Below, in pieces: positions 9,123 through 18,447 of a stretch of DNA of 64,000 nucleotides. The DNA comes from Vulcanimicrobiota bacterium (GTDB taxonomy: Bacteria; Vulcanimicrobiota; Vulcanimicrobiia; Vulcanimicrobiales; Vulcanimicrobiaceae): NCBI GenBank assembly GCA_963812155.1, contig CAWETW010000003.1, positions 608,001 to 672,000 of the forward strand. Reading direction: 5' to 3'. The position numbers and the translations under genes are program-made. How positions within the stretch are numbered: position 1 is the first letter of the stretch; the number at the start of each line of letters is the position of its first letter. The notes beneath the pieces were generated by a model. That model did no database searches, was not told the origin of the DNA, and saw nothing but the letters and a program-made list of their open reading frames with translations.

Positions 9123-10481
9123 GTGTACGCACCCCATACCGCGCGCGACGTCGCGCAGATGCTCGACGCGGTCGGCGTGGCATCGCTCGACGCCCTGTTG
9201 CCGGTTCCCGACGAGCTGGCGCTGCGGGCCGAACTCGACGTCGTGCCGGCGCTTCCGGAACTCGGCATCGTGCGCCGCTTCGACGAACTTGCCAAGAAAA
9301 ATTCCGGCGCGCACTACCGCTCGTTCTTAGGGGCGGGCGCATATCGCCACTACGCGCCGCCGGCGATCGCGGCGCTGGCAATGCGCGGCGAATTCCTCAC
9401 CGCCTATACGCCGTACCAGGCGGAAGTCTCGCAAGGGTACCTTCAGGCAATCTACGAGTGGCAGACGTATATCTGTTTGCTCACCGGCATGGACGTTGCA
9501 AACGCCTCGGTGTACGACGGGGCCACCGCCTTGGCTGAAGCGGCAATCATGGCGCTCAACGCGACCGGCCGGCACAAGATTCTCGTGTCGCGCGCTGTGC
9601 ATCCCAATTACCGCGCGGTTCTGAAAACGTATTGCGACGGGCTCGACGTCGCAATCGACGAGATTGCGTACACCGGCGAGGGCGTTACCGACACCGCTGC
9701 GGCTGTCGAAGCCGCGGCCGGAAAAGAGTACGCTGCCGTCGTGCTGCAGTCGCCGAACTTCTTCGGGAACGTCGACACGCTGCCGGCGTCCGCGTCCGAT
9801 GCGTTGCGCGACGGCGAGACCATCGCGATCGCGGTCGTCGCCGAGGCGCTCTCGATGGCGGCGCTGGCGACACCGGCATCGTGGGGCGCGCAGATCGTGG
9901 CCGGCGAAGCGCAGAGTTTCGGCGTCCCCGTCGCATACGGCGGCCCGTACGCCGGGTTCATTGCAGCGACCCAGGAGCACATGCGGCGCATCCCCGGACG
10001 CCTCGTGGGCAAGAGCGTCGACAACGCCGGCCGCACGGCTTACGTGCTCACGCTGCAGGCGCGCGAGCAGCACATCCGCCGCGAACGCGCCACCTCGAAC
10101 ATTTGTACCAATCAGGCGCATTGTGCGCTGATCGCCACGATCTATCTCGCACTCATGGGCAAAACCGGGTTGCGCGACGCGGCGGCGCTGAACGTCGAAC
10201 GTTCGCGCGAACTCGCCACCGCCGTCTCGAGCATCGAAGGCATCGACTTGAAGTTCGTCGCGCCGTTCTTCAACGAGTTCGTTGCCGACGTCCACCGGCC
10301 GGCCGGCGACGTGCTGGCGGCGTTGCGGGACCGCGGAATTCTGGGCGGATTGGATTTGGGGCGCTACTATCCCGAACTCGCGACATGCGTCCTGATGACG
10401 GCGACCGAACTCACGACCGGCGCCGACATCTCGGCCCTGTCCGATGCGTTGCGCGAGGTGTGCGATGTCGCTCGAGTCTGA
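9123..10481 (+). CDS. gcvPA: Glycine dehydrogenase subunit 1
   Basis: FLGAGAYRH, TAYTPYQAEVSQG, REQHIRRERATSNICTN. Confidence 0.96.
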   Translation: MYAPHTARDVAQMLDAVGVASLDALLPVPDELALRAELDVVPALPELGIVRRFDELAKKNSGAHYRSFLGAGAYRHYAPPAIAALAMRGEFLTAYTPYQAEVSQGYLQAIYEWQTYICLLTGMDVANASVYDGATALAEAAIMALNATGRHKILVSRAVHPNYRAVLKTYCDGLDVAIDEIAYTGEGVTDTAAAVEAAAGKEYAAVVLQSPNFFGNVDTLPASASDALRDGETIAIAVVAEALSMAALATPASWGAQIVAGEAQSFGVPVAYGGPYAGFIAATQEHMRRIPGRLVGKSVDNAGRTAYVLTLQAREQHIRRERATSNICTNQAHCALIATIYLALMGKTGLRDAAALNVERSRELATAVSSIEGIDLKFVAPFFNEFVADVHRPAGDVLAALRDRGILGGLDLGRYYPELATCVLMTATELTTGADISALSDALREVCDVARV

Positions 10482-11967
10482 CCGCACGTTCACGCCGACG
10501 ATCTTCGATCTCGGTCAAGACGGCCGCGCCAACCGCTACTTGGACTCGGGCAAACCGCTCGATTTGTTCGTGCCCGCGGCCGATTTGCGCGACGAACTGC
10601 CGCTGCCCGACAACAGCGAACTCGACGTGGTTCGCCACTATACGCGGCTATCGCAACGCACGTTCGGCATCGATCTCGGATTCTATCCGCTCGGATCGTG
10701 CACGATGAAATATAATCCGCGCGTCAACGACGCGATGGCGTCGAAGCCCGGGTTTGCAGATTTGCATCCGTACGTTCCCGACGAGCTGGCGCAAGGCGCC
10801 CTGCAGGTGATGTACGAGCTCGAGCGGTCCTTGAGTTCGCTGTTCGGCATGGCCGCATTCTCGCTCAACCCTTCAGCCGGCGCGCACGCCGAACTCGGCG
10901 CACTGCTGATCGCCAAGCGCTACTTCCGCGACCGCGGCGAAACCGCGCGAGACAAAGTGATCGTTCCCGACACCGCACATGGGACGAATCCGGCGTCCGC
11001 GGCGATGTGCGGATTCAAGGTCATCTCGCTGCCCAGCGACGAGCGGGGCCGCGTGAGCCTCGAGGAATTGCGCAAAGCGATCGGCCCGGATACGGCCGTC
11101 TGCATGATGACCAATCCGAATACGCTCGGATTGTTCGAAGACCAAATCGCCGGCATCACGGCGGCGGTGCACGCCGCCGGCGGCCTCATGTATTACGACG
11201 GCGCCAACGCCAACGCGCTGATGGGCAACACGCGTCCGGGCGACATGGGCTTCGATCTCATGCATCTCAACACGCACAAGACGTTTACTATTCCGCACGG
11301 GGGCGGGGGTGCGGGCCACGGGCCTCTCGGCGTCGCGGCGCATCTGGTCGAATACTTACCGGTGCCCGTCGTCGTAGCCGAGCCGAAATCCGACGGCGGC
11401 GGCTGGTCGCCCAGCGACCGGCTGTCGTATCGTCTCGAGTTCGACCGTCCGAAATCGATCGGACCGATGCGGTCCTTTTGGTCGAACTTCGCGCACGCGG
11501 TGCGCGCGCTCGCCTACCTCTATGCTAACGGTGAAGAGGGCTTACGGCGCGTTTCGCAGCTGGCCGTTCTCAACGCCAACTACCTGCGCGTAAAAATCGC
11601 CGAGTTCTTGGAAACGCCGTATCCCGAACTCTGCCGTCACGAGTTCGTCGTCTCGGCGCAAGGCTTAAAACGCGAAACCGGCGTTCGCGCGCTCGACATT
11701 GCCAAAGCGCTGCTCGACCGCGGCTTCATGGCGCCGACGATGTATTTCCCGCTCATCGTTCCCGAGTGCCTCATGATCGAGCCGACGGAAACTGAGTCGA
11801 AGGAGACGCTCGACGCGTTCGTCGAGGCGTTACGCCAGATCGTGGCGACCGCCAAATCGGACCCCGAATCGCTGTTGGCGGCGCCGGTCACGACCGTCGT
11901 GGGACGCGTCGACGAAACGCGGGCGGCGCGGCAGCCGGACCTGCGGTGGAAACCCTCACCGAACTAA
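10465..11967 (+). CDS. gcvPB: Glycine dehydrogenase subunit 2
   Basis: YPLGSCTMKYNP, AHGTNPASA, PLP motif HLNTHKTF, IEPTETE. Confidence 0.96.
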   Translation: MSLESDRTFTPTIFDLGQDGRANRYLDSGKPLDLFVPAADLRDELPLPDNSELDVVRHYTRLSQRTFGIDLGFYPLGSCTMKYNPRVNDAMASKPGFADLHPYVPDELAQGALQVMYELERSLSSLFGMAAFSLNPSAGAHAELGALLIAKRYFRDRGETARDKVIVPDTAHGTNPASAAMCGFKVISLPSDERGRVSLEELRKAIGPDTAVCMMTNPNTLGLFEDQIAGITAAVHAAGGLMYYDGANANALMGNTRPGDMGFDLMHLNTHKTFTIPHGGGGAGHGPLGVAAHLVEYLPVPVVVAEPKSDGGGWSPSDRLSYRLEFDRPKSIGPMRSFWSNFAHAVRALAYLYANGEEGLRRVSQLAVLNANYLRVKIAEFLETPYPELCRHEFVVSAQGLKRETGVRALDIAKALLDRGFMAPTMYFPLIVPECLMIEPTETESKETLDAFVEALRQIVATAKSDPESLLAAPVTTVVGRVDETRAARQPDLRWKPSPN

Positions 11968-12644
11968 AGTCACTCGCGAAATTTTACGGGCCGCTTCGCG
12001 CGAGCGGTGAGCCGCGCGACCCCTTTGGATTGGTCGTGTGGGAAAACGTTGCGTATCTCGTCGACGACGCGCACCGGCGCGTCGCGTTCGAAGCGCTCCG
12101 GTGCGGAATCGGCATCGAACCACAAGCGCTGCTCGAGGCGGGAGCGAGCGCGATCGAGTACCTGATCGCCGGTGGCGGAATGCTGCCTCGGCGACGCGCG
12201 GAAAAGGTGCTGCGCTGCGCGCAGATCGTGGTTGACGAGGCTGCTGGAGATTTGCGCGCGGCGTTGCAGGATCTCGCGCCCAAGCGTGCGCGCGCGCTGC
12301 TCAAACGCTTTCCCGGCATCGGCGACCCAGGTGCCGATAAAATCATGTTGCTCTCCGGACTGAGCGACGCGCCCGCGTTGGATTCAAACGGCGTCCGCGT
12401 CATCGAACGCTTGCGCGGATTCCCAGCGTCCTCGTCATACGCGCGCTCGTACCGGAGCGCAATCGAATCACTGATCGAGGACGGCGTTCGCACGGCCGAC
12501 GGCGCGCGCGAGGCGTTCCAACGCTTCCGCCAGCACGGCCGGACGCTCTGTAAGCGAACGAGCCCTAAGTGCGCGGAGTGCCCGCTTCGCAGGTCTTGCG
12601 CGTTCGGCAATAAGCGCCGGAGGAGTCCGGTCCCCAGCCTCTAA
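11946..12644 (+). CDS. HhH-GPD base-excision glycosylase family protein with FCL [4Fe-4S] motif
   Basis: FPGIG HhH motif, LDSNGVRV, C-terminal CKRTSPKCAECPLRRSC. Confidence 0.8.
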   Translation: METLTELKSLAKFYGPLRASGEPRDPFGLVVWENVAYLVDDAHRRVAFEALRCGIGIEPQALLEAGASAIEYLIAGGGMLPRRRAEKVLRCAQIVVDEAAGDLRAALQDLAPKRARALLKRFPGIGDPGADKIMLLSGLSDAPALDSNGVRVIERLRGFPASSSYARSYRSAIESLIEDGVRTADGAREAFQRFRQHGRTLCKRTSPKCAECPLRRSCAFGNKRRRSPVPSL

Positions 12645-12673
12645 CCAAAAAGTAACTCAAGTTACTTTTTGGT
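12644..12673. promoter_or_regulatory. Perfect 14-bp inverted repeat (putative operator)
   Basis: ACCAAAAAGTAACT-CA-AGTTACTTTTTGGT, immediately upstream of the cupin gene. Confidence 0.65.
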
Positions 12674-12680
12674 GGTACGC

Positions 12681-13228
12681 TTGCTTCACGAGATCATATC
12701 CGAGTTGCGCCGGGTTCCGCCGCTCGCGCGGGGGGACGAGGAGATGGTGGCTTTGCTCGGCGCGGCGCGCGCGGGGGCGTCCCGCCGGCGCTCCCCGCGC
12801 GCCTTCACTCGTACACCCGGACGCGCGCTTACGGCGACGACCGCTTCGAGGTGCTTCTCTTGAATTGGTCGCCGGGAGCGGCCTCGGAGATCCACGACCA
12901 CGGCGGCCAGCGCTGCTGGTTCGTCGTCCTCGACGGAACGGTGCGTGTGAAGGATTACGCGCGTGTCGGCGGAGGGGACGAGGCGACGCACGCGGCGCTC
13001 GAACGGCGCGGTTCTCTCACACTAGGGCGTGGAGATCTCGACGTGCGAGCCGGGCGTTTCGACATTCATCGCGTGGCGGCGACGTCGCCCGCCCTGACGC
13101 TGCACGTGTACGCACACCCGCTCTTGGAGTTCGGCATCTACGACTACGACGCGCAGCGCCGTCGCGCCGTGCGCGCGCGATACGATGCGGACATCTCCGC
13201 GACGCTCGCCGGAGGTGTGTCGCGGTGA
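12681..13228 (+). CDS. Cysteine dioxygenase-like cupin; apparent frameshift at ~12775
   Basis: YTRTRAYGDDRFEVLLLNWSPG...IHDHGG..CW, IHRV and TLHVY motifs; the N-terminus from TTG 12681 is in another frame. Confidence 0.8.
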
Positions 13229-14574
13229 TTCGATGCGACGTCGCCATCGTGGGAGGCGGCTTCAGCGGTGCGATGGTCGCCGCGCATCTCGCGCGCAACG
13301 GCGGTTCCAACGTCGGCGTCCGCCTGTTCGAGGCGGGCGAAGACGAGATCGGGCGAGGCGCCGCTTACGGCACGCCGCATCCGCAGCACTTGTTGAACAC
13401 GCGTGCGTCGGCGATGTCCGCATATCCCGGCGCGCCGGACCATTTCGTGCGCTGGCTCGGCTCAAACGCTTCGCCGGACGCGTTTCTTTCGCGTCGCCGC
13501 TTCGGCGACTACGTCGCCGAAATTGCGCGAAACGCATTCGCACTGCCGACCTTCACGACCGTGCGCGATCTCGTCGTGTCGGTCGCGCGGGACGGCGATC
13601 TTTACGTCGTTACCACGGCTTGCGGAGCGCGTTTTTCAGCGCGCGCGGTCGTATTGGCGACCGGCAACGCGCTTCCGAACGACGATTTTCTGCCGGCCGA
13701 ACTGACCGGATACGGACGCTACGTCGGCGATCCATGGCGTTTCGACTATTCCCGCGTGCGAGGCGACGTGCTGGTCATCGGCAGCGGCTTGACGGCGATC
13801 GACGCGCTCGTCGCAATGGACAGCGGCGGTCATCGCGGCATGATACACATCGTGTCGCGGCACGCTCGCTTTCCCGAAACCCATGCCGAACGGCTCGAAC
13901 GGTACGAGGTCGTGCCGGTGCTCGATGCCGGCGACGCCCGTTCGCTGGTCCGCAGCTTTCGGCGCCAAATCGCGGAGGCCGGGCGGCGGGGCTACGACTG
14001 GCGCGCGGTCGTGGATGCCATCAGACCGGAAGCCGAGACGATCTGGAGACGGTTGAGCGCGGTCGAACAATGCCGGTTCGACCGGCATCTGCGCGCGGCT
14101 TGGGAACGCCATCGCCACCGCGTACCTTTGGAGGTTGATGCGACCCGTCGCCGCTATCTCCGAAGCGGCCGTCTCGTCGTGCACGCCGGCCGGGTCGCCG
14201 GATTTCGCTCGAGCACGGTATTCGTCGAGGCGCGAGACGGCAGCGTGCTGCGGCTGCGCCCCGAGTGGATTCTCAACTGCACCGGGACCGGTCGTCGCAG
14301 GCGAATTTTCGGGGATCCGCTCATTGCCGGACTGGTCCGCGACGGGCTTGCGCTCCCCGACCCGCTCGGCTTAGGCATTCGCGTCGATCCCGACGATGCC
14401 GTCGTCACCGCCGGCCGCTCCGAGCCCAAAACCATGTGGGTCGTCGGTCCCCTCGCGAGGGGTTCGCGTTTCGAATCGACCGCCGTCCCCGAGTTGCGCA
14501 CCGCGGCCGAGAGCGTTGCACGGCGTGCGCTCGACGCAATAGCAAGCGAGCGCTGGGCGGTCGCCCGGGCCTAA
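13225..14574 (+). CDS. FAD/NAD(P)-binding oxidoreductase
   Basis: VAIVGGGFSG, GRGAAY, HLLN, LATGN, IGSGLTAID, ESTAVPELR; GTG start overlaps the cupin stop. Confidence 0.88.
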   Translation: MIRCDVAIVGGGFSGAMVAAHLARNGGSNVGVRLFEAGEDEIGRGAAYGTPHPQHLLNTRASAMSAYPGAPDHFVRWLGSNASPDAFLSRRRFGDYVAEIARNAFALPTFTTVRDLVVSVARDGDLYVVTTACGARFSARAVVLATGNALPNDDFLPAELTGYGRYVGDPWRFDYSRVRGDVLVIGSGLTAIDALVAMDSGGHRGMIHIVSRHARFPETHAERLERYEVVPVLDAGDARSLVRSFRRQIAEAGRRGYDWRAVVDAIRPEAETIWRRLSAVEQCRFDRHLRAAWERHRHRVPLEVDATRRRYLRSGRLVVHAGRVAGFRSSTVFVEARDGSVLRLRPEWILNCTGTGRRRRIFGDPLIAGLVRDGLALPDPLGLGIRVDPDDAVVTAGRSEPKTMWVVGPLARGSRFESTAVPELRTAAESVARRALDAIASERWAVARA

Positions 14575-14686
14575 AATGGCCGTGAGACCCGGCAGGCTCT
14601 TCTTGGGCGCGGGGGCTATAATGGAGCTAATGAGGGGGCTGCGAACAGGCCCCCTTCCCCGTCCCCAACGAGGCGTTTCGAGCGAC

Positions 14687-15184
14687 ATGCGGATCAAGTA
14701 CGAAGTATCGGCCGGTGGGTTACTATTGCGCCCGACCGGCGCGACGTACGAGGCGTTGTTGATCGGGCGCGGCACGCCGCCGCGTATTTGGACGTTGCCC
14801 AAAGGACACGTCGAAGCGCGCGAATCGAACGAGCAAGCAGCGTTGCGCGAAGTACGTGAGGAGACGGGCTGCTGGGGCGAGATCGTCACGCGCCTCAACG
14901 AGATTTCGTACTGGTTTTACGTCGGGAAGACCAAGCACCGCAAGGCGGTGACCTTCTACCTCATGCGTTATCTCTCGGGCGATCCGGCGCAGCACGACCA
15001 TGAGGTCGACGACGCGCGCTGGTTCGACATGCTTGCGGCCCGCAAGACGCTGAAATACGTCAACGAGAAGCGTTTGGTCGATCTGGCGCTCGAGTTTCTC
15101 GCCGCCAATCCCGCCGCGTTCGGTGACGTGCCGCTGGTCGGTGAGGTGCCGCTGGTCGCGCGGACGTCCCTGCAATCGTCTTGA
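14687..15184 (+). CDS. Nudix hydrolase
   Basis: Nudix box PKGHVEARESNEQAALREVREETG; TATAAT at 14617-14622. Confidence 0.9.
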   Translation: MRIKYEVSAGGLLLRPTGATYEALLIGRGTPPRIWTLPKGHVEARESNEQAALREVREETGCWGEIVTRLNEISYWFYVGKTKHRKAVTFYLMRYLSGDPAQHDHEVDDARWFDMLAARKTLKYVNEKRLVDLALEFLAANPAAFGDVPLVGEVPLVARTSLQSS

Positions 15185-15945
15185 ACGATCTCGCCGAGGC
15201 GACGTCCGACCAAGCATGCCGCGTGCGGCTCGACGTCTTCGACGGACCGCTCGATCTTCTGCTCAGCCTGATCAAAGAACGCCAGCTCGACGTCGCCACC
15301 GTGCCGCTGGCCATCGTGGCCGAGCAGTACCTTGCGTACGTGCGCGCGATGCAGGAACTCGATGTCGAAGTCGCAGCCGAGTATTTGGTGATTGCGGCAA
15401 CGCTCGTGTTTCTGAAATCGCGCGCGCTTCTGCCGCCGATTCCGCAAGAGTTCGCCGGCGACGAGGCCGAGACGCCCGAAGAAGTCGAGGAGCGGTTGCG
15501 CCGGCGCCTGATCGCATACTCGAAGTATCGAGAGTTGGGGGAGCGCTTGCGCGCGTTCGCTCTCGAAGCGTCGGGCTATTTTTATCGCGAGGCGGGCGAT
15601 CCGGCTAGCCAGGTCGTTCAGCGCTACCATATCGATCCGGAGAAACTCAAGCACGCGTTCGTTTCGATGCTCGCGCAGGCGCGGCCCGAGAAGCGCTCGA
15701 TCGTGCGGGAGCGCGTTTCGCTGATCGCGTCCATGGATTACATCGTACGCCGGCTGAAGGAGGCCGGTGAGGTGACGTTTTCGGCGCTCTGTCACGAACT
15801 GGGGATGACGCGCGAAGTCGTGATCGTGACGTTCCTCGCGCTGCTGGAGCTGGTACGCCGCCATCGCGTCGCGTTGGAACAGCCGGAACTCTTCGACGAC
15901 ATTCGCATTCTGCCGATGGTGCGTCAACAGGCCGCCGGCGCGTGA
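15181..15945 (+). CDS. scpA: Segregation and condensation protein A
   Basis: FDGPLDLLLSLI, EYLVIAATL..LKSRALLP, TFLALLEL. Confidence 0.94.
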   Translation: MNDLAEATSDQACRVRLDVFDGPLDLLLSLIKERQLDVATVPLAIVAEQYLAYVRAMQELDVEVAAEYLVIAATLVFLKSRALLPPIPQEFAGDEAETPEEVEERLRRRLIAYSKYRELGERLRAFALEASGYFYREAGDPASQVVQRYHIDPEKLKHAFVSMLAQARPEKRSIVRERVSLIASMDYIVRRLKEAGEVTFSALCHELGMTREVVIVTFLALLELVRRHRVALEQPELFDDIRILPMVRQQAAGA

Positions 15946-16559
15946 GCGAAGACGCCATCGCCGAAAACGAAGCCGCAGCCGCCGCGGTGGAGGAGGCGGT
16001 GCTGCGATTGACGCGTCCGATCGAAGCGCTGCTCTTCGTTGCGGGCGAGCCGCTTTCGATCAAGCAGATGGCGAAATTAACGCGCGCGAGCGAGGTAGAA
16101 GTCGCCGCGACGCTGGCCCGCGTGACCGCCGACTACGCCGAGCGCGGCATCGTCGTGCGAGAGGCGGGCGGCGGGTACCGCTTCGCGACGTCGCCGCTCG
16201 CGCGCGATGCCGTAGAAGCCTACGTGCTGCCGCCGAAAACCACGCTCTCGATGCCCGCGCTGGAAGCCCTTGCGATCGTCGCGCACATGCAGCCGGTCAC
16301 CAAGAGCGAAATCGAAGCGGTTCGCGGCGTGAACTCGGATAGCGTCGTCAGCACGCTGCTCGACCGCGGGCTGATCGGCGAAGCCGGCCGCAAAGACGTG
16401 GTCGGACGGCCGATGCAATATCGGACGACGCCGTTCTTTCTGGAGTCGTTCGGTCTGCGGTCGCTCGACGATCTTCCCGAGGTCGAACTGGAAGCGGGGC
16501 AGCCGCTCGAACTCACGCTGCTGGGAACCTCTGAAGAAGTCCATGCACCGATCGTTTGA
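15942..16559 (+). CDS. scpB: Segregation and condensation protein B
   Basis: IEALLFVAGEPL, QPVTKSEIEAVRGV, GRP.QYRTT..FLESFGL. Confidence 0.94.
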   Translation: MSEDAIAENEAAAAAVEEAVLRLTRPIEALLFVAGEPLSIKQMAKLTRASEVEVAATLARVTADYAERGIVVREAGGGYRFATSPLARDAVEAYVLPPKTTLSMPALEALAIVAHMQPVTKSEIEAVRGVNSDSVVSTLLDRGLIGEAGRKDVVGRPMQYRTTPFFLESFGLRSLDDLPEVELEAGQPLELTLLGTSEEVHAPIV

Positions 16560-16659
16560 GCCGCAAAGGCGGTACATGCTAGAAGACGGCGAGGGAGCAT
16601 ACCCAGGGTGGTCTGTGACCGAGCCGGCGACGAAGCAGATGCTGCCTTTGCGGTCAAAC
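16554..16659 (+). repeat. Nested-hairpin palindromic element, copy 1
   Basis: Outer stem CCGCAAAGGCGG/CTGCCTTTGCGG; core CGAGGGAGCATAC-N8-GTCTGTGACCGAG. Confidence 0.75.
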
Positions 16660-16666
16660 CCTTTGG

Positions 16667-16769
16667 GCAACGGCATTTTCGGCTTATCTCGTTGTTGCAG
16701 CCTCGGTCACAGACTCCACGAGTATGCTTCCTCGGCTGCGCCTAGAGTTACGCCGAAAATGCTCGTTGC
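16667..16769 (-). repeat. Nested-hairpin palindromic element, copy 2 (inverted)
   Basis: On the minus strand: outer stem GCATTTTCGGC/GCCGAAAATGC; core CGAGGAAGCATAC-N7-GTCTGTGACCGAG. Confidence 0.75.
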
Positions 16770-16807
16770 GATCGGTACAGCGACTTCTTCAGAGTTTCCC
16801 TAAAACG

Positions 16808-17654
16808 ATGATGCGAATCGGGCTGCACGTGCGCGTCGGCGGCGGCTACGGGAAAGCGGTCGCGCACGCGAAGGCAACCGGCTGCAACGCGCTGCAAGTG
16901 TTTTCCAGCAATCCTCGCAGTTACCGTCCGAGTGCGATCGACGGCACGGCACTCGATGCGTTCGCGGAGATGCGGCGCGACGCGGGTATCGATCCGTGCG
17001 CCATCCACACGCCCTATCTCATCAACCTGGCCAGCGACGATCCGAAGATCTATGCCGGGTCGTTGCGTTTGCTGCGCGGCGATTTGGCCGCGGCGGCGCG
17101 CGGCGGAATGCAATTGGTGAACACGCACTTGGGTTCGTACGGAACGCGCGAGCGAGACGAAGGGTTCGTGGCGATTTGCCGCGCGCTCGAAGAGGCGCTT
17201 GCGGACGTAGCGCCCGGCGTTTTTTTAGTGTTGGAGAATTTCGGCGGGTGCGGGCAATCTCGCCGGCGGAACGCTCGAGGAGCTCGGAGCGTTCGTCAAC
17301 GCCGTCGATCATCCGCAGCTCGGCGTCTGCTTGGACACCGCGCACGCGTGGGCGGCGGGCTACGAAATCAACTCGGCGGCGGGCGTCGATCGATTCCTCG
17401 AGTCGGCCGACCGGCATATCGGCGTCGACCGTCTGCTGATGTTTCATTTCAACGACACGGAGGTGCCGCTGGGCGGAAGCCGCGACCGTCACTGGCACAT
17501 CGGTGAAGGAAACGTCGGGTTCGAAGGCTTTCGCGCGCTGCTGTCGCGTCCGGAACTGCACGGAAAAACCGCGATTCTCGAGACGCCCGGCGACGACGCC
17601 GACGATCTGCGCAACATGCAGACGATTCGCGCGATCGCAGCCGGCGCGCGCTAA
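16808..17654 (+). CDS. nfo: Endonuclease IV; apparent frameshift at ~17238
   Basis: IGLHV, QVFSSNPR, HTPYLINLAS, LEN, then in the next frame CLDTAH, HFND, DRHWHIGEG, ILETP. Confidence 0.9.
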
Positions 17655-17663
17655 GCGCCGGCG

Positions 17664-17801
17664 CTACATCACCCGCAGATGGGGCAGCCGCATGTCGGAC
17701 GCTGCAAACAACGCGGCGTCGGCCCGCTGAACCTTCAGTCGCAGCGTGACGTCGGTGATGTCCGCGACGAGCGGCGTGGTGCGAATGGGATCCCGGAACA
17801 T
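17664..17801 (-). CDS. Small hypothetical protein (45 aa)
   Basis: MFRDPIRTTPLVADITDVTLRLKVQRADAALFAASDMRLPHLRVM; RBS GAAGAGG 5 nt before ATG; fills the gap between nfo and the CGNR gene. Confidence 0.5.
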   Translation of the reverse strand: MFRDPIRTTPLVADITDVTLRLKVQRADAALFAASDMRLPHLRVM

Positions 17802-17895
17802 ATTTTCCTCTTCGATGACGGATGGTAACCTGTTACTATCGTACAGTGGTTATGGTAACTTGTCAACAACTTTTGATGGTGCTACAGTAGCCGTG

Positions 17896-18447
17896 ATGGA
17901 CGCCGACGCCGACAGAGCTCCCGGAGCGCTCGATCTCGTGCGGCTCTTTGTCAATACCTTGGACTACCCGGCGGGCCCGGACGCGCTCGGTACGGTCGAG
18001 GGAGCGGCGGAATGGTGCCGCGGTCATGGCCTGCCGCCTCCCTCGAACCGGCGCGAACTCGAACGGTTGCATGGTTTTCGCGAGGCCCTGCGCCGGCTGT
18101 TGGCGGCGAACAACGCTGCCGGCGAGCAGGCGATCGCTTGGGAGACGATGCGACCCTACTTCTCAAGCGCTCGATTTTCGCTCGCGCTGCGGCCGCCCCA
18201 CATTCCCTCCCTCGAACCGGCCGGCGCCGGAGTCGACCGGGCGATCGCGATGTTGCTGGCCGTCGTCTACGACGCGATCTCGGCGGGGACGTGGCAGCGC
18301 ATGCGCGCGTGCCGTAAGGAGTCGTGCCGCTTCGCGTACTACGACCGCTCGAAGAACGGCTCGCGCGCGTGGTGCAGCATGGCGGTTTGCGGCAATCGCG
18401 AGAAAGCCCAGCGCCGACGCACGCGCGAACGGCACGACGTCGCTTGA
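17896..18447 (+). CDS. CGNR zinc finger (ABATE) domain protein
   Basis: FVNT; C-terminal RACRKESCRFAYYDRSKNGSRAWCSMAVCGNREK. Confidence 0.92.
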   Translation: MDADADRAPGALDLVRLFVNTLDYPAGPDALGTVEGAAEWCRGHGLPPPSNRRELERLHGFREALRRLLAANNAAGEQAIAWETMRPYFSSARFSLALRPPHIPSLEPAGAGVDRAIAMLLAVVYDAISAGTWQRMRACRKESCRFAYYDRSKNGSRAWCSMAVCGNREKAQRRRTRERHDVA

